A stretch of 64,000 nt of DNA from Eledone cirrhosa (Eukaryota), in the NCBI GenBank assembly GCA_964016885.1, contig OZ024741.1, positions 157,046,001 through 157,110,000 on the forward strand, written 5' to 3'. Below, one piece after another: positions 38,265-49,918 of the stretch. Each line of letters begins with the position of its first letter. Position 1 is the first letter of the stretch. Position numbers and translations under genes: made by a program. The notes under the pieces are model-generated. The model made no database searches. It worked only from the letters and a program-made list of their open reading frames with translations, and had not been told where the DNA came from.

Positions 38265-41200
38265 GATCATCAGATTGGTCCAAGGAAACTTTCCGTTTGT
38301 CTTCCCACTACTGATGCTATCTGTCAGTCATCAGACCAGCAGATCTGACCAAAGAAACTATGTTTCCATTGGTTTTTTCATTGCTGATACTACCTGCCAG
38401 TCATCAGATCAGACCATAGTAACTAGGTTTCCATTGGTCTTTCGATTGCTAATACTATATGTCAGTTGTCAGGTCAGACCATAGTAACTAGGTTTCCATT
38501 ATTCTTTCGATTGTTAATACTATATGTCAGTCATCAGATCAGACCATAGTAACTAGGTTTCCATTGCTCTTTCGATTACTAATACTATGTGTCAGTCATC
38601 AGATCAGACCAAGGTAACTAGGTTTCCATTGCTCTTTCGATTGTTAATACTATGTGTCAGTCATCAGATCAGACCAAGGTAACTAGGTTTCCATTGCTCT
38701 TTCGATTGTTAATACTATGTGTCAGTCATCAGATCAGACCAAGGTAACTAGGTTTCCATTGCTCTTTCGATTACTAATACTATGTGTCAGTCATCAGATC
38801 AGACCAAGGTAACTAGGTTTCCATTGCTCTTTCGATTGTTAATACTATGTGTCAGTCATCAGATCAGACCAAGGTAACTAGGTTTCCATTGCTCTTTCAA
38901 TTACTAATACTATGTTTCAGTCATCAGATCAGACCAAGGTAACTAGGTTTCCATTGCTCTTTCGATTGTTAATACTATGTGTCAGTCATCAGATCAGACC
39001 AAGGTAACTAGGTTTCCATTGCTCTTTCGATTGTTAATACTATGTGTCAGTCAACAGATCAGACCAAGGTAACTAGGTTTCCATTGCTCTTTCGATTACT
39101 AATACTATGTGTCAGTCATCAGATCAGACCAAGGTAACTAGGTTTCCATTGCTCTTTCGATTGTTAATACTATGTGTCAGTCAACAGATCAGACCAAGGT
39201 AACTAGGTTTCCATTGCTCTTTCGATTACTAATACTATGTGTCAGTCAACAGATCAGACCAAGGTAACTAGGTTTCCATTGCTCTTTCGATTACTAATAC
39301 TATGTGTCAGTCATCAGATCAGACCAAGGTAACTAGGTTTCCATTGCTCTTTCGATTACTAATACTATGTGTCAGTCATCAGATCAGACCAAGGTAACTA
39401 GGTTTCCATTGCTCTTTCGATTACTAATACTATGTGTCAGTCATCAGATCAGACCAAGGTAACTAGATTTCTATTGCTCCTTCGATTGTTAATACTATGT
39501 GTCAGTCATCAGATCAGACCAAGGTAACTAGGTTTCCATTGCTCTTTCGATTACTAATACTATGTGTCAGTCATCAGATCAGACCAAGGTAACTAGGTTT
39601 CCATTGCTCTTTCGATTACTAATACTATGTGTCAGTCATCAGATCAGACCAAGGTAACTAGGTTTCCATTGCTCTTTCGATTACTAATACTATGTGTCAG
39701 TCATCAGATCAGACCAAGGTAACTAGGTTTCCATTGCTCTTTCGATTACTAATACTATGTGTCAGTCATCAGATCAGACCAAGGTAACTAGGTTTCCATT
39801 GCTCTTTCGATTACTAATACTATGTGTCAGTCATCAGATCAGACCAAGGTAACTAGGTTTCCATTGCTCTTTCGATTGTTAATACTATGTGTCAGTCATC
39901 AGATCAGACCAAGGTAACTAGGTTTCCATTGCTCTTTCGATTACTAATACTATGTGTCAGTCATCAGATCAGACCAAGGTAACTAGGTTTCCATTGCTCT
40001 TTCGATTGTTAATACTATGTGTCAGTCATCAGATCAGACCAAGGTAACTAGATTTCTATTGCTCTTTCGATTGTTAATACTATGTGTCAGTCATCAGATC
40101 AGACCAAGGTAACTAGGTTTCCATTGCTCTTTCGATTACTAATACTATGTTTCAGTCATCAGATCAGACCAAGGTAACTAGGTTTCCATTGCTCTTTCGA
40201 TTGTTAATACTATGTGTCAGTCATCAGATCAGACCAAGGTAACTAGGTTTCCATTGCTCTTTCGATTACTAATACTATGTGTCAGTCATCAGATCAGACC
40301 AAGGTAACTAGGTTTCCATTGCTCTTTCGATTACTAATACTATGTGTCAGTCATCAGATCAGACCAAGGTAACTAGATTTCTATTGCTCTTTTGATTGTT
40401 AATACTATGTGTCAGTCATCAGATCAGACCAAGGTAACTAGGTTTCCATTGCTCTTTCGATTACTAATACTATGTTTCAGTCATCAGATCAGACCAAGGT
40501 AACTAGGTTTCCATTGCTCTTTCGATTGTTAATACTATGTGTCAGTCATCAGATCAGACCAAGGTAACTAGGTTTCCATTGCTCTTTCGATTACTAATAC
40601 TATGTTTCAGTCATCAGATCAGACCAAGGTAACTAGGTTTCCATTGCTCTTTCGATTGTTAATACTATGTGTCAGTCATCAGATCAGACCAAGGTAACTA
40701 GGTTTCCATTGCTCTTTCGATTACTAATACTATGTGTCAGTCATCAGATCAGACCAAGGTAACTAGGTTTCCATTGCTCTTTCAATTACTAATACTATGT
40801 GTCAGTCATCAGATCAGACCAAGGTAACTAGGTTTCCATTGCTCTTTCGATTGTTAATACTATGTGTCAGTAATCAGATCAGACCAAGGTAACTAGGTTT
40901 CCATTGCTCTTTCGATTACTAATACTATGTGTCAGTCATCAGATCAGACCAAGGTAACTAGGTTTCCATTGCTCTTTCGATTGTTAATACTATGTGTCAG
41001 TCATCAGATCAGACCAAGGTAACTAGGTTTCCATTGCTCTTTCGATTACTAATACTATGTGTCAGTCATCAGATCAGACCAAGGTAACTAGGTTTCCATT
41101 GCTCTTTCGATTGTTAATACTATGTGTCAGTCATCAGATCAGACCAAGGTAACTAGGTTTCCATTGCTCTTTCGATTACTAATACTATGTTTCAGTCATC

Positions 41201-42740
41201 AGATCAGACCAAGGTAACTAGGTTTCTATTGCTCTTTCGATTGTTAATACTATGTGTCAGTCATCAGATCAGACCAAGGTAACTAGGTTTCCATTGCTCT
41301 TTCGATTACTAATACTATGTTTCAGTCATCAGATCAGACCAAGGTAACTAGGTTTCCATTGCTCTTTCGATTGTTAATACTATGTGTCAGTCATCAGATC
41401 AGACCAAGGTAACTAGGTTTCCATTGCTCTTTCGATTGTTAATACTATGTGTCAGTCATCAGATCAGACCAAGGTAACTAGGTTTCCATTGCTCTTTCGA
41501 TTGTTAATACTATGTTTCAGTCATCAGATCAGACCAAGGTAACTAGGTTTCCATTGCTCTTTCGATTACTAATACTATGTGTCAGTCATCAGATCAGACC
41601 AAGGTAACTAGGTTTCCATTGCTCTTTCGATTGTTAATACTATGTGTCAGTCATCAGATCAGACCAAGGTAACTAGGTTTCCATTGCTCTTTCGATTACT
41701 AATACTATGTGTCAGTCATCAGATCAGACCAAGGTAACTAGGTTTCCATTGCTCTTTCGATTGTTAATACTATGTGTCAGTCATCAGATCAGACCAAGGT
41801 AACTAGGTTTCCATTGCTCTTTCGATTGTTAATACTATGTGTCAGTCAACAGATCAGACCAAGGTAACTAGGTTTCCATTGCTCTTTCGATTACTAATAC
41901 TATGTGTCATCATCAGATCAGACCAAGGTAACTAGGTTTCCATTCGTCTTTCGATTGTTAATACTATGTGTCAGTCATCAGATCAGACCAAGGTAACTAG
42001 GTTTCCATTGGTCTTTCGATTGTAATACTATGTGTCAGTCATCAGATCAGACCATAGTAACTAGGTTTCCATTGCTCTTTCGATTGTTAATACTATGTGT
42101 CAGTCATCAGATCAGACCAAGGTAACTAGGTTTCCATTCATCTTTCGATTACTAATACTATGTGTCAGTCATCAGATCAGACCGAGGTAACTAGGTTTCC
42201 ATTCGTCTTTCGATTACTAATACTATGTGTCAATCATCAGATCAGACCAAGGTAACTAGGTTTCCATTCGTCTTTCGATTACTAATACTATGTGTCAGTC
42301 ATCAGATCAGACCATAGTAACTAGGTTTCCATTGCACTTTCGATTGTTAATACTATGTGTCAATCATCAGATCAGACCAGGGTAACTAGGTTTCCATTGC
42401 TCTTTCGATTGTTAATACTATGTGTCAGTCATCAGATCAGACCAAGGTAACTAGGTTTCCATTGCTCTTTCGATTGTTAATACTATGTGTCAATCATCAG
42501 ATCAGACCAGGGTAATTAGGTTTCCATTGCTCTTTCACTTGCTAATACTATGTTTCAGTCATCAGATCAGACCATAGTAACTAGGTTTCCATTGCTCTTT
42601 CACTTGCTAATACTATGTTTCAGTCATCAGATTAGACCAAAGAAACTATGCTTCCATTGGTCTGATACTATCTGTCAGACATGAGATCAGACCAAGGTAA
42701 TTAGGTTTCCATTAGTTTTTCCATTGCTGATACAATCTGT
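38265..42740. repeat. 65-bp tandem satellite, ~65-70 copies
   Basis: The TTCGA register recurs at 38701, 38766, 38831 and 38961. Consensus AGACCAAGGTAACTAGGTTTCCATTGCTCTTTCGATT(AC/GT)TAATACTATGTGTCAGTCATCAGATC. Confidence 0.97.
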
Positions 42741-43249
42741 TAGCTACAACTCCTAACAGAAGGAGCAACATGAAGTAAAGTATTTTACTTCAGAACACAA
42801 TGTGCTGTCAGGTCCAGGAATTAAACCCAACACTCTAGGCCATGTACATTCACAGTGATAAGAGAATGAAGTAATAAAGTGGAGGTATTGGAAATGCAAA
42901 CATAGGAAGGGAAGTCAAATTAGAAGAACATGGAAAGATAGAGAAGAAATATATAAACAGCAAAGTGAATGGGGATGATAAAGTGATTAAAATTCTGCCG
43001 GTCAGTAAATATAAGCTAATGTTCTAGAATGTTCTAGAATCTTCCCAAATAGTTCTGAAAGAATCAAAAAGAAACCAGACTGCTTTTAATGTCAGCTTTT
43101 CCAAGAAGTAGTCATGATATAAGATAGCAAGAAAAATGGTGAAAACTTCTTTGTTGTCTGACAATTTTCTTTTCTTCCCATAATGTGTGAAAGTATTTAT
43201 ATCTGCATAGTAGTTCACACATAAATATCAATGCATGCTCACAAACATC

Positions 43250-43890
43250 ATCATCATCATCACCGTTTAACATCTATTTTTTCAATCTTGCATTGGTTAG
43301 ACGGGTCATCCACATTATGAGACGAGTCTGGCCAGTTGGCCATGCCATACCTTGCTCAAACAAATCTATTTTGGCTGGGTTTTTTACAGTTGGATGCCCT
43401 TTCTAACACCAACCATGTTTACAGTGTGGAACTGGATGGTCCCCTTTTGAGGACGGTTGGGCCAGTTAGCTGCACCATACCCTGCTCATAACAACACCAT
43501 GTTTTGGGAGGTGGGTGGTCTCATTATGAGGAAGACATGGCCAGTTGGTTGCGTTGTACCTTGTTCATAGTGAGACTGTGTGTTGGCTGGATTTTTATGG
43601 CTGATGGATGCCCTTCCTCACACCAACCACGTTTACAGTGTGGGATTGGGTGTTCCCTCTTTATGAGGCAAGTCTGGTCAGTTGACTGCACTGTACCTTG
43701 CACATAACAGTACAGCGTTAGGTTGGGTTTTTACTGCTGCTAGATGCTCTTCCTAGCATTAAGCATGTTTACGGTGTACAGCTGGGTGGTCCCATTATGA
43801 AGCAAATCTGGCCAGTTGGCCACACAGCACCTTGCTCACTGCGGTACCATGTTTTGGCTGGGTTTTTATGACTGCTGGATGATGTTGATA
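43250..43890 (-). repeat. Degenerate tandem amplification of the retroposon 3' module (~4-5 units)
   Basis: Repeated CATTATGA..TCTGGCCAGTTGG..CCTTGCTCA..TTGGCTGGGTTTTTA..GGATGCCCTT..CACCAACCA..TTTACAGTG blocks. Confidence 0.7.
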
Positions 43891-44134
43891 TACGCAATAT
43901 ATATACATATACAACATACATATATATATATATAATATGCTCATATACAAGATAACTGTGAAAACCAATGGAGGCTTGTATAAAAATGGTGTTGGTGAGA
44001 AAAAAGAAACATTAATTTGCATAGAAATTTGAAGCTGAGGAATTGAATTAGTTAGATAATTTTAGGTCTCAGCTATAATGTTCCACAAGACAAATGAGCC
44101 TGCCGGCTTTAACGCATAATAAATAATAGAGTGA

Positions 44135-44189
<55 letters not shown>

Positions 44190-44500
44190 GTATATATATA
44201 TGTATACATATGTATATGTATTAGTATTGGTGGTCGACCGGCAATCGGTTTGTATAATCAGCTGCTCATTATTACTGTAATTCTATAAGAATCCAGCTTC
44301 TATAATTTTTGGCAGAGGCAGGGGAGTGTGTGGTTTTGATAAATGTCAACCAGCGAGAAACAGACTGTCAGCCACTCTCTCTCCTTTCGCCGAAAATAAG
44401 TAAGTGACATAGTCACTACTTTAAAACTGATAGTAAATGGTCTTCTAAATGTTTTTAATTAAACATACGGTATATTGCCAAATATACTATTCATACATTC

Positions 44501-44534
<34 letters not shown>

Positions 44535-44540
44535 ATGTGT

Positions 44541-44620
44541 AATTATTTTGTCTGAAGAACAAGCTGGACATTTCTGTAAGAATCATCTAGTTTCTAGAAA
44601 CCTTTGGTTATGGAATAATT
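44541..44620 (+). ncRNA. Hammerhead-like motif with G-U rich stems (copy 1)
   Basis: AATTATTTTGT-CTGAAGA-...-GAAA-CCTTTGG-TT-ATGGAATAATT. Confidence 0.55.
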
Positions 44621-44689
44621 ATATTGTGTTGTTTATTATGTAATTAAATATGTAAACATATATATATATATATATACATATATATATCA

Positions 44690-45010
44690 TCATCATCAAC
44701 ATCATTTTACGTCCGCTTTTCCCTGCTTGCAAGGGTGGGACAGGAACTGCTTCTGGCTTGATTTCTACAGCTGGATGCGCTTCTTAACACCAACCTCATT
44801 TACAGTGAGTGCTGGGTGCTTTTTTTCTGTGACGCCTACACGTCTACTTTACAATGTGGGCTGGGTGCTTTTTTGCCTTGGCACCTCCACGACCACTTTG
44901 CAGTGGAATGATAGGGACCCTAGTCCTTATCATCTCATTTCTACAGCTTAGTAAACTGGAGCACTGCGAAATAAAGTGTCTTGCTCAAGGAAACAACACA
45001 TAATCCGGTC
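44690..45010 (-). mobile_element. SINE family B, 5'-truncated
   Basis: Same body and tail as the 23058 copy. Confidence 0.85.
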
Positions 45011-45227
45011 ATATATATGTGTATATATATATATATATCATCATCATCATCATCATCATCACCTATTTACGTCCGTTCTTCCATGCTAGCATGAGTTAGA
45101 CGGGTTGTCCTGTTGTGGGCAGTGTCTGGTCGGCTGACCATGCCTTGCTCATACAGGAACCGATTTTGGCTTGATTTCTACAGCTGGATACCCTTCCTAA
45201 CACCAACCTCATTTACAGTGAGTGCTG

Positions 45228-45279
<52 letters not shown>

Positions 45280-45459
45280 TATGACCAGGTGATGTGTTGT
45301 TTCCTTGAGCAAGACACTTTATTTCACAGTGCTCCAGTTTACTAATCTGTAGAAATGAGATGATATTATGAAATACTGTTGGCTTCATGCTCACAATAAT
45401 TTCTATACTTTCATTTATATATATATATAATATGTGTGTGTGTGTGTGTGTGTATGTGT

Positions 45460-45539
45460 AATTATTTTGTCTGAAGAACAAGCTGGACATTTCTGTAAGA
45501 ATCATCTAGTTTCTAGAAACCTTTGGTTATGGAATAATT
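45460..45539 (+). ncRNA. Hammerhead-like motif (copy 2, direct duplicate of 44541-44620)
   Basis: Identical segment 919 bp downstream. Confidence 0.55.
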
Positions 45540-46456
45540 ATATTGTGTTGTTTATTATGTAATTAAATATGTAAATATATATATATATATATTGCAAGCA
45601 GGAAAAAGCGGACGTAAAATGATGATGATGATGATGATTTATGTATATATATATATATAAATCAAGAAGTGACATGATTTGCTATACAATTAGGGCTTTA
45701 TTCACATTGCTATATATATATATATATATGAAAATAGGGAGAAAGAGACGATTATGAGGAAGAAAAATATATATATATATATAATATTAAATCAGAGAAG
45801 CATTTAAACATATTTAACTTCACCCAAAATCTCGCATGTAGAAATATCAGTTAGACAAAACTATGATAAGTCAGTTTCACTCATGTAATAGCCCAGCTGC
45901 TGTTCCTGGGATTAAGAAGAAATACTAATCTCAATAAATTAAGACAATCAATATTGGAAGAATTATTTCATCTTCAAGGAGAAAATCTTTGGAAGTAGTG
46001 AAACTATTGAATAGACAGCTTACAGACCATTTCATTATCAAAACAGCATCCAACACCATGCTTCATTGAACTATTAAATGAACATATATCTCCCTATATA
46101 TCAGGATAATACACCAGGCTTTTAATGACACTAGAAATAGCACCCTGAAGCCCATCTATATATTATCATCATCAGCATTTAACGTCTATTTTCCACACTA
46201 GCATGGGTTAGATGGGGTTGTCCCATTTGAAGCAAGTTGGCTTGGGTGATCATGTCTCGCTCATATTTCTATGGCTGAATGCCCATCCTAACACCAACCA
46301 CATTTACAGTGTGTGCTGGGTGTTTTTTGTCATGACACCTACACAACCACTTTACAGTGTGGGCTGGATGCTTTGTGGCACCAACATAACTTTATAGTGT
46401 AAGGGTGGTGTGGGCAGAAGGGGAAGGAGATGTGTGGGATGTGTATATGGGTGGGG

Positions 46457-46537
<81 letters not shown>

Positions 46538-47094
46538 TATATATATATACCAGAGTGACCTTCTCCTAGAGAGATGTAACATTTTTTTGCGATGCATCGC
46601 ATTGCTAGCCATGGGCAGGTTCCTGGCACAACTGAAGGGCCATGACTCCGATGCTCATGTTTGAGTGTCAAGCAATAACATTGCTTGAAATCGAGTTGCA
46701 GCCATCATATATATATATTTATAAAAGAACCTCTTCGGTCATTAATGACCATGGGATTTGCACCTAGAAAGCACAAATCTGGTCTAGATTGTTTGTGAAA
46801 GACTAGCAGCTGCCCATGCCTACCAGTTCCCCCCTCCACACCACCAATATTGTTCAAGGAAAAGGCAATGGCTGATAGAGTTTGGCACTAGCACTCATTT
46901 CTACAGTTGAGTGAACTGGAGTAACATAAAATAAAATGCCTTGCTTCAGGACAGAATATGTTTAAATTATATATATACACATGAAATCTTTCATATCATT
47001 GAAATTTTCTTTGCTTCTTGCATTTAAATATTCCACGACTCTCTACTACAATCTTCTCAGCTGTCTATTGTTCACTCCCACCCTAGTACCTTCA

Positions 47095-47515
47095 ATATGT
47101 CCAATCTCAAATTTTTTCTCTGCCAGCTCCATTCTACTCTCAAGCGCTTCCTCCAACCCCCCCCCCCCATATGCATCCAATCCTCTCTGCATCTCTCCAA
47201 CCTCATCTTCACCAAAACACGATACAACAGTCACATCACATTTTTAAGTCGCTGTCTCCACCACTACTTCATTCCTTGCGGTTTCTGCCTCAAGTTTCAC
47301 CCACCTCTTAAAATTCGTTTATCTAAGGACATTTTTTCCAATTCCAACCCGCCCGTGCCCTCAATCTATCTTATTTCTAATTCTTTCTTCTGATGAAGGA
47401 CTAGCATCCGAAAGGTTAAGACCCTCTTCCTGCTATATCGAGCGTTAACCTAATATAGCCCTTCCATATACTGTACCAATTGTGTTGTTATTTCTGTTTA
47501 CCTTTTACATACATA
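47095..47515 (+). mobile_element. Penelope-like remnant: N-terminal ORF piece plus hammerhead-bearing tail
   Basis: TRYNSHITFLSRCLHHYFIPCGF resembles PLE N-terminal H..FL.RC....IP.G. Followed by a hammerhead and the shared terminus. Confidence 0.6.
47386..47421 (+). ncRNA. Minimal type I hammerhead motif
   Basis: TCTT-CTGATGA-A-GGA/TCC-GAAA-GG-TT-AAGA; stem III appears mutated from ACGT. Confidence 0.65.
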
Positions 47516-47527
47516 TATATATATATA

Positions 47528-47898
47528 TCATCATCATCATTTTACGTCCGCTTTTCCCTGCTTGCAAGGGTGGGACGGGAACTGATTCTGGCTTGATTTC
47601 TACAGCTGGATGCCCTTCCTAACACCAACCTCATTTACAGTGAGTGCTGGGTGCTTTTTTTTCCGTGGCGCCTACACATCCACTTTACAGTGTGGGCTGG
47701 GTGCTTTTTTGCCTCCACGACCACTTTGCAGTGGAATGATAGGGACCCCAGTCCTATCATCTCATTTCTACAGCTTAGTAAACTGGAGCAATGTGAAATA
47801 AAGTGTCTTGCTCAAGGAAACAACACATCACCTGGTCTGAGAAGTGAACTCACAACCTTTCGATTACAAGGCCAATGCTCTAGCCATGTGCCTCCATA
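47528..47898 (-). mobile_element. SINE family B, near full length
   Basis: Head, body and tail as in the 23058 copy. Confidence 0.9.
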
Positions 47899-48115
47899 TA
47901 TATAAAAGCACCCAGCACTCACTGTAAATAAGGTTGGTGTTAGGAAGGTAGGAAGGGCATCCAGCTGTAGAAATCAAGCCAGAATCAGCTCCCGTATGAG
48001 CAAAACAAGGTCAGCCGACCGGACACTGCCCACAACAGGACAACCTGTTTAACCCATGCTAGCGTGGAAGAACGGACGTAAAACGGTGATGATGATGAAG
48101 ATGATGATGATGATA

Positions 48116-48527
48116 TATTATCTAGTTGAAAGTCGTTGGAAGTAATCCAAGATAGACTAGCAATCCTATTCACTCTTTTAATGCCATCAAACTTGAGCTG
48201 AATACTGGTCCTTAGGATACTTTACTGTGTACTCATTGATATATATATATTAATTTTATTTGGTATTTGTATTTTGAGAGGTATTTTGGGGGCTAATTTA
48301 CGTTTGTTGTATTTAGTTGTTGGGTGGGGGTTGTGTAGGGAAAAGTTGTACCAACAATATCAAATATTGGACTTTTGAACAGTTTCAGTATATTGAATTC
48401 CACTGGTATGCCATATCACAATGAGTATGCAATAAAGTATCATAAGGACTATTATTCAGCTCAAGTTTGGTGGCATTAGAAGAGTGGATAGGATTGCTAG
48501 TCTTCAAAAGGTTTTCAACTAGATAAT
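48116..48527. repeat. Degenerate inverted repeat (~100-120-bp arms)
   Basis: ATTATCTAGTTGAAA...GACTAGCAATCCTATTCACTCTT...CAAACTTGAGCTGAATA versus its reverse complement at 48420-48527. Confidence 0.8.
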
Positions 48528-48579
48528 GCTCTGTTCACACAACTACATTCATAACCACAAATACATATACAACCATATA

Positions 48580-48742
48580 TCATCATCATCATCATCATCA
48601 TCAGGTTTAGCGTCCGTGTTCCACGCTTGCATGGGTTTGGACGGGGGTTTTCCCACTTGAGGCAAGAGTGGTTGTCTTGCTCGCATAGGACTGTCTGGCG
48701 GGTTTTCTACAGTTGGATGCCCTTCCTAACACCAACCACATT
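48580..48742 (-). mobile_element. RTE LINE 3' UTR end
   Basis: Reverse complement of 9635-9785. Confidence 0.85.
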
Positions 48743-48754
48743 TATATATATATA

Positions 48755-49088
48755 TCATCATCATCATCATTTCATTTTACGTCCGCTTTTCCCTGCTTGC
48801 AAGGCTGGGACGGGAACTGATTCTGGCTTGATTTCTACAGCTGGATTCCCTTCCTAACACCAACCTCATTTACAGTGAGTGCTGGGTGCTTTTTTGCCTC
48901 CACGACCACTTTACAGTGGAATGATAGGGACCCCAGTCCCTATCATCTCATTTCTACAGCTGAGTAAACTGGAGCAATGTGAAATAAAGTGTCTTGCTCA
49001 AGGAAACAACACATCACCCAGTCTGAGAATTGAACTCACAACCTTTCGATTGCAAGGCCAATGTTCTAACCACTAAGCCATGTGCCTC
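48755..49088 (-). mobile_element. SINE family B, full length
   Basis: Matches 23058-23405. Confidence 0.9.
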
Positions 49089-49156
49089 ATATACATACAT
49101 ATATGTATACATATACATACATATATATATACATACATATATATATATATACATAT

Positions 49157-49228
<72 letters not shown>

Positions 49229-49470
49229 GTGTGTGTGTATGTGTATGCATGTGTGGGTGTGGGTGTGTGTATACCAACTCAGATATTAACCCATTAATAA
49301 CCACAAATCAATAGTTCCTGTCTATAGATTATAATCTTCTCAAAGCTTTTTACCATTTTGTGGAATTAGTGAAATTTCCAGAAAGTATACATAGCATGTT
49401 TCTGAGTTCTGAATAAATCACTTTTCTATAATACAGTCTACTTAACTTGTCTTATGTATATACCTCATTC

Positions 49471-49540
<70 letters not shown>

Positions 49541-49578
49541 ACACATACACACATACACACATACACACATATATATGA

Positions 49579-49621
<43 letters not shown>

Positions 49622-49918
49622 TATATATACACACACAAAGTAAGCACATATGTTTTAGAAAATGCTGAGTGGAATTTGAAAATTGGATTACAAGATTTCA
49701 CTGTAACTTTCATTAGAGTTTCATAAAGTTGGCATGACTATATATGAGAGTTGAATCTCCATGCTGCTCATCTTTTTACTTTCATGGGCTTATATGCCCC
49801 GTTATTATTAGACTATTGTATTTAGTCAAAGTTATGGCAAAATCTTCTAATTCAATTTACCCATGCAAGCATGGAAAAACAAATGTAAAAACGATGATGA
49901 TGATGATGATATATATAT

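Noticed and set aside
38400-42640. Canonical, confidently active hammerhead in each satellite unit
   Set aside because: Stem II does not close properly at either GAAA, and an extra CTGAT separates the stem I strand from the core. Kept only as a hypothesis.
38265-42740. CRISPR-like array
   Set aside because: Units are contiguous near-identical 65-mers with no unique spacers, there are no cas genes, and the context is eukaryotic.
43024-43218. 64-aa ORF as a gene
   Set aside because: No recognisable motif, no clear splice context, and a length compatible with chance.
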